This document shows, piece after piece, positions 46,004 through 62,977 of a stretch of DNA of 64,000 nt. The DNA comes from Eledone cirrhosa (Eukaryota): contig OZ024765.1 of the NCBI GenBank assembly GCA_964016885.1, positions 744,001 through 808,000 on the forward strand, given 5' to 3'. Under the pieces are notes generated by a model that was not told the DNA's origin, did no database searches, and saw only the letters and a list, made by a program, of their open reading frames with translations. Made by a program: the position numbers and the translations under genes. Numbering within the stretch: the stretch's first letter is position 1; every line of letters starts with the position of its first letter.

Positions 46004-47136
46004 ACATCTGGACGGATGGATGGGTAAATGGGTATTTTGTCGCATGGTTGGATGGTTTGATAGTTTAATAAAGCGATGGATGGATGGACGGATGAATAAA
46101 TGTACGGATCGATAGATCGATGGACAGATGAATGCAGAGATTGATGGACGAATAAAGAGGGAGATGGGGGGGTGGATTGCCGGATGGGTGGATGGAAGGA
46201 TGTATGAATCGGTTGGTGTATGACTAGATGGGTGGTGTACTAAGGGGTGGATGTTTGGATTGAGGAGTAGATGACTGTACGAGTGAGTAATTGAGTGTAT
46301 GGGGTGGGTGGATGGGGTGGGTGTATGTATAGTGACAATATCAGTCCTTATCGATCTGCTACATGATCAGAAGTATTCAAGTCCTAATCATCGATCCATC
46401 TACCACGGGTACGGGTATATATTTTTTCTCCTCCTATTCAACACAATTAATCCTGTTGATGTAATGTTTAATAGAATTGATAAAAAAATTATCAAATCAA
46501 AGCCGCCATTTTATAATTTCAATACATCGGCTCCAATATCGACCCCTTTATAATTATCATCATCAATTAATTTCGTTTTCTCTGCCTTCTTTTATAATTA
46601 AAATTATCAATCAATTTAATCTGGTTTCACAGCCTCTTCGATAATTTTTATGAGAAATTCTTAATAGCTTTCTGGTTGTTCGACAAGGTCAGAAAACAAT
46701 GGCGACACGCAAACTTCCGGTGTGAATATCAGTTGTCTTCCCTTGTTTGCTAAATCAAAGTGTAATATAGAGCCAAACAATCGTTACATCCAGTGATTGA
46801 TCCCTCACGATGATGGTGTTGTTGTTGTTGTTCTTGTTAGTGGTGGTGATGGCGGCGGTGGTGGTGGTGGTGGTGGTGGTGGCAGTGAAAGATAAATAAC
46901 GGGTGGTGACCACAGATAAATAAGGTACTCTATATGTTAGACTAAATGTATATATATATATATATGTGTGTGTCTGTGTGTGTGTGTGTGTATGTGTATA
47001 CTTATATATATGGATCTACCAACTCATAATATTATATTATAACATTAAATCATAAAAAACTTTTAACACTACAAGTGAAGTCATTCTTTTCCTTATTTTC
47101 AAATATACCTAACTGTACCAAGGATCTCACACATTT

Positions 47137-47170
<34 letters not shown>

Positions 47171-47176
<6 letters not shown>

Positions 47177-47633
47177 AAGTAAAATAAATTAAAATAAATA
47201 AGTCGAATGTTTAAAATTTAGCTTCGTTTATTACTGCATATATATTTTGGTGACAGCCATCTTTGGCTGTGACCTCTTCAGGCAGTCCGAATTAGTGTGG
47301 TATAGACAAGTATATATGTTGTTGAGGTGTATAATTTTGTCAATACTCTGATATGCCCACTTCCTGGTTGGGTTATTATTTCACTGAGGAACAGGAATCA
47401 ACATATGTACTTGTCTATACCACACTAATTCGGACTGCCTGATGAGGTCACAGCCAAAGATGGCTGTCACCGAAATATATATAGTAGTAATAAACGAAGC
47501 TAAATTTTAAACATTTGACTTATTTATTTTACTTTATTTTACATTACTCCGGAGTAACCAAACCAACCTGCGCACTTCGTCGAGTGCTCCAGCCTGCATA
47601 CTGAGGTGTTGGTATACAACCAACATATACTCA
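47171..47633 (+). mobile_element. Penelope-like element family P1: inverted terminal repeats plus tail
   Basis: 47171-47321 is the reverse complement of about 47399-47540, with a ~77-bp spacer; both arms carry a hammerhead; (TA)n or (TC)n(TA)n flanks. Confidence 0.8.
47434..47488 (+). ncRNA. Minimal type I hammerhead ribozyme, intact core
   Basis: ACUGC-CUGAUGA-GGUCACAGCC-AAAGAU-GGCUGUCACC-GAAA-UAUAUAUA-GUAGU: stem I ACUGC/GUAGU, stem II 9 of 10 bp, palindromic AUAUAUAU stem III, predicted cut after A47483. Confidence 0.85.
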
Positions 47634-47634
47634 A

Positions 47635-47649
<15 letters not shown>

Positions 47650-47693
<44 letters not shown>

Positions 47694-47812
47694 GTATATA
47701 TATATATGTATATATATGTATATATATGTATATGTATATATATATGTATATATATATATGTATATATATATGTATATATATATATATGTATATATATGTA
47801 TATGTATATATG

Positions 47813-47843
<31 letters not shown>

Positions 47844-48098
47844 GTATATATATGTATATATATATGTATATATGTATATGTGTATATATGTATATATATG
47901 TATATATATGTGTATATATATATGTATATATGTATATGTGTATATATGTATATATATGTATATATATGTATATATATATATATATGTATATATATGTATA
48001 TGTGTATATATATGTATATATATATGTATATGTGTATATATATATATATATGTATGTGTATATGTGTATATATATATATATATGTATGTGTATATGTG

Positions 48099-48131
<33 letters not shown>

Positions 48132-48270
48132 GTATATATATATATGTATATGTGTGTATATATATATATGTATATGTATATATATATATGTATATATATA
48201 TATAATTGTGTGTATATATATATGTATATGTATATAGATATATGTATATATATATATATAGATATATAAA
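47650..48270. repeat. (TA/TG)n compound array
   Basis: Direct reading of the sequence. Confidence 0.95.
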
Positions 48271-48616
48271 TATACTTACATAGAGAAACCATTCAAGAAA
48301 GTAAAATTACCAGAAACGCTTGGTAAAACTCATTTTAAAATATTTTGTTCTGAGATAACTGATATCAGGTTTAGTTCAGTATTCCTGTCTTGTACTGAAA
48401 ACCTAGATGAAAGCACACACACAGACACACACAGAGACACACACACATACATACACGTATATATATTATATATATGTATATACACATATATGTATATATA
48501 TATATATTTGTATATATATATATATGTGTGTGTGTGGGTTTATATATATACATATATATAGATACATATATATAAATATATACATATATATACATATATA
48601 TGTGTGTGCGTGTGTG

Positions 48617-48648
<32 letters not shown>

Positions 48649-48675
48649 CGTATACATAAGCATACAAACATACAA

Positions 48676-48742
<67 letters not shown>

Positions 48743-49310
48743 CACACTTAAATATATATACAAGGAAGATATAGAAGATATATTGGAAAATAAAATTTAA
48801 TAAATACGTAGTATTTTAATCAATATATATATTTCACAGCTCCTTACATTCTCTTTTCTTTTCCAGCAATAAATTATGAAATATTAAGATTTTATTGTAG
48901 AATATATTGAATGATTGGTTTCGGGGGGTTTTTCTAGATGTTTCTTCTGTTGTTTTTCTTCTGTGAGGAGGTTGGGAGGTTGGAGGTTGTTGCTGGTCTT
49001 ATTTCTATATTTTTTGTGTTTTTTGTGTTTGTTTTTCTTGCTAAAGTAGAAATATGTTATGTTGGCGGTTCCTTGTATATATTTGGTGTTGAGTAATGTA
49101 TATAATGTATAGACAATTTGTAGACATATATATGTATATATATATATATATAAAAGTATATAGACAAAACTTAGACATATATGTAGATATATATAAACAT
49201 ATATAGATATGTACAGACATATATATATATATACACATACGAGATGTAGTCATATAATCTTATATCCATATATAGAGACATATATATAGAAATTTGATGT
49301 ACAATATGTA

Positions 49311-49354
<44 letters not shown>

Positions 49355-49902
49355 AGCCAATATATACACTATATAGACATATATCTTCATTTATTTCACA
49401 TAGCAGACGTTGTGTTACATTTAAGCAATAATTGGAGCTGGAAATATTCTGGTTAACTATTTTATGAGACTGCATTGATTTGTTATGTCACGATGGTGGT
49501 GGTGGGGTGGTTGGGGGGACTTGGGGTTGTATGGTGGTATGGGGGATGTAGTGGTGGCCGTGGTGGCATGGGGGTGTAGTGGTGGTGATGGTGGTGTATT
49601 TTCTGTTAATGTTGGAAGTGTGTTAATGGAAATATAAGTATAACTTCTGTGGGTATGTATGTATGTATAAATGTGTGTGTGTTTATATATATATACCTAC
49701 ATCATTATATATATATCATATATATATATATATATATATATAAACATCTACATAAACATATATATATATTTATTTATACACTTATATATTTACACACACC
49801 CATACACACATATCTATGTATATATAAATGTATATATATATATATATGTATATATAAATGTATATAAATGTATATATATATATATATATGTATATATAAA
49901 TG

Positions 49903-49933
<31 letters not shown>

Positions 49934-50502
49934 GTATATATATAAGTGTATATATATATATATGTGTATATATATATGTATATATATAAATATATAGATA
50001 TATATGTATATATATATGTATATATATAAATATATAGATATATATATATATGTATATATATAAATATATAGATATATATATAGATATATATGTATATATG
50101 AATTTAAATATATAAATATATATATATAATGTAACCATATATATATATATATAATTATATATATATATAATGTAACTATATATATATATATATATATACA
50201 CATACCAACCATACAAATATTTCTGAGAGAGAAGCGCCGTCGTTAGTGATCTAATATTATAACTCAAGGGCTCTTCAACTTGGAACAAATACATACGAAG
50301 TTATCTCCCCCTTATTCAAGATGGCTGTCCCAGAGGAGAAAATACTTAATTAAGGTAAAATGACAGAGCTAGGCCGTCTTCTTGAGATGAGATGAAATGC
50401 TTCCTTCCATTACAGCTTCGAGATCATCCTTTGGGAATTACCAAACGCTATTCCTGGTTCTTACTGCTGAGTAGATATCAGGACATAGGCCTGTTAGATG
50501 TT

Positions 50503-50549
<47 letters not shown>

Positions 50550-50555
50550 AGAGAT

Positions 50556-50589
<34 letters not shown>

Positions 50590-51062
50590 ATATGTATAGA
50601 GAGATAATATATGGATATAGATAGATAGATAAATAAATAGATGCGTGTATATATATATAGAGAGAGAGGGGGGGGTGATAGATAGATAGATAGATAGATA
50701 GATAGTTATATTCTGGCATTATGCTCTGGTGATAAACCTATACTGGTTTATGGTTTACACATATTCAGACACAGAGTGCATTATCACATATCTGTTCACT
50801 CAAATATATATACTTTATATTAATCCCTTTCCGCTGTTATACGTATTTCCATGGCGTTATTCATTACGTGATGTTTCCATCACTTAGTTACCAACCAGAC
50901 TTCGTCAGACATCATGATCAGTAATAACATTATTATGTAATGGTTCTAATACAATACAGGATATTGATAAGAGGAAGGACGGGTTGTATTCGTTTTGAAG
51001 ATGATGCTCTTGCTCGTGTTGTTGTGGTTGTTATTGTGGTTGTTGCTTCTGCTGTTGCACTG

Positions 51063-51345
51063 AGGTCGATTTAATTAACTTTCCCCTTCCCCAAAAATTA
51101 CTGGCCTTGTGCCTATATAAGAAACCATTGTGATCTGGCAGTATTGGTAGAGGGTCAGACGCCATGCTTTGTAGCATAGAGTTACTGCCCTTTATGCTCT
51201 GAGTTCAAATCCCGCCGAGGTTAACTTTGCCTTTCATCCTTACGGGGTCGATTAAATAAAATACCAGTCACGCACTGGGGTCGAATTAATCGACTTTCCC
51301 CTCCGCCAAAATTGCTGGCCTTGTGCCTATATAAGAAACAATTAT
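51063..51345 (+). mobile_element. SINE family A long subfamily: 3' fragment (51063-51127) plus full copy (51136-51345)
   Basis: Carries an extra segment GGGGTCGAATTAATCGACTTTCCCCTCCGCCAAAATT that is absent from the other copies. Confidence 0.85.
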
Positions 51346-51542
51346 TATTATTATTATTATTGTTGTTGTTGTTGTTGTTACCGCTATTACGTACTCACCC
51401 TTAACAACCTAGAGAGCAAATGTCTAATTTTGTCAACACGTAATTGAGATCTAATCAAAATCATAATGCTTGAGGACTGACATAAATACACACACACACA
51501 CACACATATATACATACACACGCACGTACACACACACACATG

Positions 51543-51574
<32 letters not shown>

Positions 51575-51614
51575 GGTGGGTGCATGTATATATATATATA
51601 TGCATAAGTGCATA

Positions 51615-51660
<46 letters not shown>

Positions 51661-51944
51661 TCGTTTGATAACAGAAAGTCTCCCACCCTAATGCAATTAT
51701 ACTCTTTGAAACTCACCATTCCTCGCAGAAGCAATTTCCTGGGAATAACTTTTCATCTTTTATTGTTTTTTTTATAATGCTGCTTCTTCTTCTCCTTCTT
51801 CTCCTTTTTCTTTTTCTTCTTCTTACTCATGCACACACACACACGTATATATATATATATATATATATATATGGGTGTGTGTATTTAGGTTGGTGTGAAT
51901 GTATGTATATGTGTTTGACTATCATTGGCATGCCCCTATACATA

Positions 51945-52013
<69 letters not shown>

Positions 52014-52066
52014 TGATTTATATATAAAAAGATATACGCATACGCCTCAAATGAAAGACCTGAAGC

Positions 52067-52120
<54 letters not shown>

Positions 52121-52509
52121 TAATATCCCTATGTCACTGCCTTCAAAATTCCGCCGCCAATAACAAAGGGCCACAAGAGAAAAAGGTATTTTCCGTTAAT
52201 TAGTCCTCACCCAATTCAAACCAATATCTTTTCTCTGTCGGTACCATTTTCCGAACAGATCCAAGCAGGTAATTGCCGTCTGATTCTATGGAATTTTGCC
52301 AATCAATTTAACCAAAAGAATTATTTTCTTGGGTGACGTCCCAAGACTTTACTTTCAAATGTCTTTTTCTGGAACTTTCTACACTTTCTGAAAACATGCT
52401 TCTTTTCTAACCTTACGTCCTTTCAAATTCTCCTCGCCGCAGTCTTTGTTCTATATCGTTATTTCCTATTTCTTCTTCTTCTTCTTCTTCGCTCTTGTAT
52501 ACATATGAA

Positions 52510-52517
52510 TAAATATA

Positions 52518-52559
<42 letters not shown>

Positions 52560-52727
52560 ATATATATATATGTTATATATATGTATATATGTTATATATA
52601 TGTATATATATTATATATATGTATATATATAGATATATATATATATAGATATATAGATATATATATATATAGATATATATATATATAGATATATATATAT
52701 ATAGATATATATATATATAGATATATG

Positions 52728-52776
<49 letters not shown>

Positions 52777-53020
52777 TATATATATGTATATATATATAGA
52801 TATATGTATATATATATATATTATATATATGTATATATATATAGATATATGTATATATATATATATTATATGTATGTATATATATATATATTATATGTAT
52901 ATATATATATGTATATATATATATTATATGTATATGTATATGTATATATATATTATATATATATATATGTATATATATATATTATATATATGTAGATATA
53001 TATTATATGTATATATATAT

Positions 53021-53059
<39 letters not shown>

Positions 53060-53346
53060 ATATATTATATATATGTATATATATATTATATATATGTATA
53101 TATATATTATATATATGTATATATATATTATATATATGTATATGTATATATATATATTATATATATGTATATATATATATATGTAGATATATATTATATA
53201 TATATGTATATATATATATTATATATATGTATATATATATATTATATATATGTATATATATATATATGTAGATATATATTATATATATATGTAGATATAT
53301 ATTATATATATGTAGATATATAATATATATATATGTAGATATATAT

Positions 53347-53377
<31 letters not shown>

Positions 53378-53445
53378 GTAGATATATATGTATATATATA
53401 TATATGTAGATATATATGTATATATATATATATGTAGATATATAT

Positions 53446-53492
<47 letters not shown>

Positions 53493-53551
53493 TATATATA
53501 TATGTATTATATATATATATACATATATATATATATTATATATATATGTAT

Positions 53552-53582
<31 letters not shown>

Positions 53583-54268
53583 TATATATATATGTATATA
53601 TATATATATACATATATATATATGTATTATATATATATATACATATACATATATATTATATATATATGTATTATATATATATATACATATACATATATAT
53701 TATATATATATGTATTATATATATATATACATATATATATATAAGAGGGTGTTGAAGTTTGCTTGAAGCATTGTGAAATGTGTAAAAATACGTATTTAAG
53801 AAATACGTATTTAAGAAATTTCTTAAATACGTATTTTTACACATTTCACAATGCTTCAAGCAAACTTCAACACCCTCTTATCATTACACCTGAGCCAGGA
53901 CTTGTTTGCACCCATAAATTCTTAAATACATATATATATATATTATATATATATGTATTATATATATATATACATATATATATATATTATATATATATAT
54001 ATTATATATATATGTATTATATATATATGTATTATATATATATGTATTATATATATATGTATTATATATATATGTATTATATATATATGTATTATATATA
54101 TATGTATTATATATATATGTATTATATATATATGTATTATATATATATGTATTATATATATATGTATTATATATATATGTATTATATATATATGTAATAT
54201 ATAGATGTATTATATATATATTATATATAATATATATATATTATATATAATATATATATATATATATA

Positions 54269-54305
<37 letters not shown>

Positions 54306-54382
54306 ATATATATATATATATATAATATATATACATATATATATATATACATATATATATATAATATATATATATATATATA

Positions 54383-54419
<37 letters not shown>

Positions 54420-54438
54420 ATATATATATATATAATAA

Positions 54439-54471
<33 letters not shown>

Positions 54472-54690
54472 ATATATATATATATATATAATATATATAC
54501 ATATATATATATATACATATATATATATATTATATATATATATGTATTATATATATATGTATTATATATATATATATTATATATATATGTATTATATATA
54601 TTATATATATATATATATTATATATATTATATATATATATATATTATATATATATGTATTATATATATTATATATATATATATACATGTA
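52510..54690. repeat. Large (TA)n-derived array interrupted by a fold-back insertion
   Basis: Direct reading of the sequence. Confidence 0.95.
53742..53930 (+). mobile_element. Fold-back insertion (139-bp palindrome plus ~50-bp tail), family P4
   Basis: TAAGAGGGTGTTGAAGTTTGC...GCAAACTTCAACACCCTCTTA (53742-53880), perfect except a 15-bp duplication in the left arm. Confidence 0.65.
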
Positions 54691-54776
54691 TGAATATTGA
54701 TTCTATCCAACACTTTATCGAACCTCTTTCTCTCCCTTCATGTCATTTTCTATAATGTGTCTATCTATTTATCTAT

Positions 54777-55201
54777 AAGGTTGAAAGGGCTGAGGTCAGA
54801 CACCTTTCTCTCCGGCCAACAACTGATTCTTTTTTTTCAAATACCACTTTGGAAGAAGAATCAGGATGGAGAGAGAGGTGCTGTACCCCAGCTGGTTTTA
54901 TGAAAGGTGGGTGAAAGTGGCAAGAATGGCCCGAGTGAATGGGCTTTCTCTCTATATCAGCCTGTAGGTTGAGGAAAAAGAGGAGAGGAAAGGAGTACAA
55001 ACTCTTCGTTCTCCTGGAGATGAGGGTTGTACATTTTTTTCGGGGGTATGTGTTACCCATATGAAATGTCTCCCCCTATTGGGGAAAATCGACTAATTTT
55101 TAAATTACATTTGTGATAATATTTTACACGTTTTTATTGTATGTAAACTTCTCCCTTTGTATTTGTCCCCTTCTTTTGTGCCCCTGCGTCTAATAAAGAA
55201 A
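54777..55201 (+). mobile_element. 5'-truncated Tx1/L1-like LINE (ORF2 C-terminus and 3' UTR)
   Basis: RLKGLRSDTFLSGQQLILF/FKYHFGRRIRMEREVLYPSWFYERWVKVARMARVNGLSLYISL*; AATAAA at 55192; TATC-type repeats on both sides. Confidence 0.8.
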
Positions 55202-55248
55202 CATAGCTATCTATATATATATATCTATATATCTATCTACCTATCTAT

Positions 55249-55333
55249 ATTTTTTACACGACTGTATGTAAAATCCCCGGCATGTCTTTGTATTGTCCCC
55301 TTTTCTTGTGCGCCCTTGTGGCTAATAACGAAA
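55249..55333 (+). mobile_element. Second very short 3' end of the same LINE group
   Basis: TTTTACACG...TGTATGTAAA...TGTCCCCTTTTCTTGTGCGCCCTTGTGGCTAATAACGAAA followed by (TATC/TACC)n. Confidence 0.7.
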
Positions 55334-56187
55334 TATATCTATCTACCTATCTATCTACCTATCTATCTACCTATCTATCTACCTATCTATCTACCTATCT
55401 ATCTACCTATCTACCTACCTATCTACCTACCTATCTACCTACCTATCTATCTACCTATCTATCTACCTATCTACCTACCTATCTATCTAGCTAGCTAGCT
55501 AGCTAGCTCACTTTCTCTGCAACTATATCTGAATTCATCTACAGCCGGATGGCTGGAACAGGTAAAAGAGTAATATCAGAAAAGCTATCGCTAGAACAGC
55601 AGTTACAACAGCCAAATACTATCAAAGACAGCAGCGATGAGCAACAATGCCTCAGAAGACAGAGACCAATGGCCAGTGGTCCACAGAGAGACAATCCTTT
55701 CTATATTTCATCTGCCTGTCATTCTCCTTGTCGATTGTCTCATTTTTATATGTACTCAAATTCACACTCCCTTCGGCTCGATCAGAGACAACATTGTTTC
55801 TTCAAATATATATATATATATAATGGTTGTATGTATGTATGTATGTATGTATGTATGTATGTATGTATGTATGTATGTATGTATACATATATATATACAG
55901 TATTTATTATTCATTTGTTGGTTCATTTGTTGGTTCACTTGTTGCTTGTGGTGTAGTAGTCGTGCGAAGGAAACAGCAGAAAAAAAACGCCATCTTGTCG
56001 GAGTAATGGCGGATGACAAGAAAGCAATAATGATATTGCTATTTATCAAACAAACCATTCAAATTAGATGGAGAACGCTACCTGATTTTATTTTTATTTT
56101 CTTTATTATTTAATCTTTAATATATTTTTATTATATATTTTTTTCTTTCTTGCTTCTTGTATTTTTTTTCTATTATTTTCTTTAATA

Positions 56188-56266
56188 CAGGATGTCCCAA
56201 AAAAATGTATGCACACTCCAACAACATTCTAATAAATATGTGTATAAATGTTTCGGGGACACCCTG
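56188..56266. mobile_element. Tiny Tc1/mariner-type MITE with TA duplication
   Basis: TA-CAGGATGTCCCAAAAA...TTTCGGGGACACCCTG-TA; a solo end CAGGGTGTCCCCAAAA lies at 58944. Confidence 0.75.
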
Positions 56267-57194
56267 TAATTATTTCAATTTTTGTACATATTTTGTAAAT
56301 TTATTTTATTTATATTTATATTTATATTATTTCAATTTTTATAATTTTTTGATTTCGGAAACATTTTATTTATTCTTATTTTATTTAAATTTTTATACAT
56401 TTTTTTATTTTTTAGATTATATTTATTTTATTTTAATTTTTATACATTTGTTTGATTTTTTAAAATTTTGTTTATATTTATTAAAAATTTTTGTACATTT
56501 AAAATTCTTTTTACTATATTTATCTTTATTTTTCAAATTTGTATATTTTCGGATTTTTTTTTTTTTTGTGATTTTCTTTTTTTTTCAAATTCGTATTTTA
56601 ATATTATTATTTTCGAAATAATCTCCAGAACAATTCCTTCTGATTGTCTGGAATATTCTGTTGTTTTAATCAAAGAGAGGACAGAATCTTTGTAAAAACA
56701 AGAGAGAAAACTTTACTGTTGAACGAGGGGAAATTAACGCAGACGACACACACACATACACACACATACACACACAGATATATATCTGTATGTATATATA
56801 CCTATATATATACATATATACAGTATATATACATATATACATACATACGCATTTACGTACAATCTACGTTCACTTAAAAACACGCACTCATAGACATACT
56901 TGCCCACTCACATGCACTCATACACACACGCACACACACGCACACACGCACACGCACACGCACACACACACATGCACACACACACACGCGCACACATGTA
57001 TATACACTCATATATAAACTCACACACACACATATACACACACTAGATATATAAAAAATTAATGAACGATAAAGCGTTCAATAGTCTTTTTTTTTTTCCT
57101 TGATCAATTCGAATCAATCGGGAAAGTATTTGGTGATTTTTGTAGTCAATATACTTAATACTATATCAAGTTGTGCGCTAAACAGCCGAAGTTT

Positions 57195-57440
57195 ACAATA
57201 AACTTTATATCTGTATAAAGGGTGGTGTGCTCATGCGTGGAGATGAATTTTTATCTGTAAAAAGTGTGGTGAGATAACCTTTATATCTGTATAAAGGATG
57301 GTGAGCTCATGCGTGTAGATGAACTTTATATATATATAAAGTGTGATAAGATAAATCTTATATCTGTATAAAGGATGGTGAGCTCTTGCGTGGAGATAAA
57401 CCTTATATCTGTATAAATTGTGGTGTGCTCATGCGCGGAG
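57195..57440. repeat. Tandem repeat with alternating ~43-bp and ~32-bp subunits
   Basis: TTATATCTGTATAAAGGRTGGTGWGCTCATGCGTGGAGAT repeated four times. Confidence 0.85.
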
Positions 57441-58385
57441 GTGCTTTAAAAATAGGTATAAGTCCCTGTGAGACGGAAGAGGTTGCCGTCTGGGAGATAC
57501 GAGGTTTGTTTCCCCAGCAGCCATTGGTAACGTCTTTTTTCGTCTCAAAACCACTTTGTCCTCTTTTATAAGTGATACTAGTTGACACAGGGCTGTCAAA
57601 AATGGCGGCTGATTGTAATATTGTTGGCTGGTTCCTTTGATTATAATATCTCCACGCATGCGCACATAGCTTTTGACAGGCTTTTGTCGCCATGTTCTCC
57701 TTGATCCGTACGTGTGTGTGTCTGAGTGTGTGTCTGTGTGTCTATGTGTGTCTGTGGGTGTCTCTGTGTCTATCTGTGTGTGTATCTATGTGTGTGTTTG
57801 TGTGTATGCGTGTGTCAGTATCTGTGTCTGTCTTTCTGTTTGAGTGTTTAGTGGGAGAGTGTAGGATGGACTTGAGTGGAGGCTGGTGTGGAGTCAAGGG
57901 TGGCTACAAGTTTTTAAGTATTTCGTTGAAATCGATGGAAACCTGGCTATTGTTTCTAGCAAGTCAAGTGGTAGCAGACATGCTCTAACAATATAGAGAG
58001 ACATGCTAATTGGATGACATTAGTTTTTTTTATTTCCCTGGCTAATTAACAGTTTAATTAAGGCTCTCTAACGAGTTTAACAGCAGAGACCACGTGCTTC
58101 TTGTTGGTGTTCTTGTTTTTCCTTTCGTTTTTCATTTTTTTAAATTTTATTTTCATTCAAATTTTTTATATATTTGTGGTTTAATTTTTTACTACTTCTT
58201 CCCTTCTAAGATCGCTAAAAAGACAATTTCCTATCCCAGTGTGACCTCTCACAACTTCAGTCGCCATTTCAATTGCTCCTTTAGGTTTTATTATTATTCT
58301 TCTTGTTTTTTCTTTTTCTTTTTCTTTTTCTTTTTCTTCACCGTCTTCTTTTTTCCTTACTATTATTATTATTATCATTATATTA

Positions 58386-58570
58386 TGGATTGGCAGCATC
58401 GGTAGAGGGTCAGACCCCATGCTTTACAGTGTAGAGTTACGGCCCTTTACGCTTTGAGTTCAAATCCCGCCGAGGTTAACTTTGCCTTTCATCCTTACAG
58501 GGTCGATAAAATAAAGTACCAGTAATACACTGGGGTAATTGCTGTCCTTGTGCCAAAAGTAGAAACAATT
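58386..58570 (+). mobile_element. SINE family A, full copy
   Basis: Aligns with 705-890; (ATT)n on both sides. Confidence 0.9.
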
Positions 58571-59029
58571 ATTATTATTATTGTTATTGTTGCTGAAAAC
58601 AATAATATTAATATTGTCTTTACAGGTGAGTGACAAAACATTGGATACAGTTATCGCCATTTTGATGTTATCAAGTATGGTGGCTGTCCAGTGACTGCAA
58701 GTATCAAACGTTTTAAAAATCACCATTTCGCAGAGAGAGAGAGACCGGAGAGAGAGGGGGGAATAGAGAGAGAGAGAGAGAGAGAGAGAAATACATATGT
58801 ATATACTTACATACTTATACAAATACTCTTTCTTTCTATATATATATATATGTGTGTATATATGTATATATATATATATATACATATATGTATATGTGTG
58901 TATATACATATATATATATATGTATAATATATATATGTATATACAGGGTGTCCCCAAAAGCGTGTATATATGTATGTGTGTGTATATGTGTATATATATT
59001 TATGTATATATTTGTATATATATATATAT

Positions 59030-59075
<46 letters not shown>

Positions 59076-59169
59076 TAATTTATACATACATATATACATA
59101 GATACATATATATATACACACATACATATATATATATATATATAAATACAAGTATACGAGTATATGCAC

Positions 59170-59215
<46 letters not shown>

Positions 59216-59551
59216 GTGTATGTTTCTTCCCATATACACTATCTCTACATATACTACCTTCATATATCCCCTCCGCAACAACAACAACAATAAAATCAAC
59301 AAAAGCAGCACACCTCTAAAAAAAAAGATCTTCCTGATGATATTAATGGCTGAAATGATGAAACGCCGTGCTGACAGTAACAACGTCATTCTGAAAAGTC
59401 GGCCATTTTATGGCGAGATATTGTTGTGTGGTTTTCATGCATAATTCTTGCAAGTGGATACAATTGTGGCTGGTTTCTAGGGAAAAATGTTGGTCTGTGT
59501 TGGTTTGTTATGTATATAGCTACTCTGTATGTGTGTGTGTGTGTGTGATAT

Positions 59552-59603
<52 letters not shown>

Positions 59604-59639
59604 CATATTTATTTATTTATATATACATATATATAATAT

Positions 59640-62430
<2,791 letters not shown>

Positions 62431-62941
62431 CTGCTAATGTGCACAATCGCCTGCGAGGTCATACTCACCTGTACACACCGATATATACTCTCAATATATA
62501 TATATATATATATACATACAAACTCATCTAGCTCTCTATCTATTTATCTCCCTTTTCGCTTTCTCGCTCTTTTTCGCTGAGAAAGTAAAAATCTACTTAA
62601 ACCAAATTTCAAAGCCGCTTTAACAAAAGACAGTTTTTACTTACACGAATTTCTACTTAATTCTCAGAAATATGGCCTCCCTGTCTGTCAGTTCGCTATC
62701 TATGGAATATACAAGATAGGGGGAAAATAGTTTAAAAAATTCCAGCAGACAATAAAGTCACTAGGCGAGAGAAGACAATCTTTATAGCGAATATTTCATG
62801 TATATTCATCATAATCAAATATCGTCTGCTATTTTCTCTCCCAATTGGTTCGTGTAAAATGGATGCATTGCATTCTAACTCTTTCTTAAGATCCACACCA
62901 TTTGACCTCTCTCTATATATATCTCACTATCTATCTATGTA

Positions 62942-62974
<33 letters not shown>

Positions 62975-62977
<3 letters not shown>

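Noticed and set aside
55549-55800. ORF MAGTGKRVISEK... as a coding exon
   Set aside because: No recognisable domain or splice boundaries, and it runs into a microsatellite.
57386-57430. RGDKPYICINCG resembling a C2H2 linker
   Set aside because: It arises within a tandem repeat whose units do not keep frame; the His ligands and the 28-aa period are absent.
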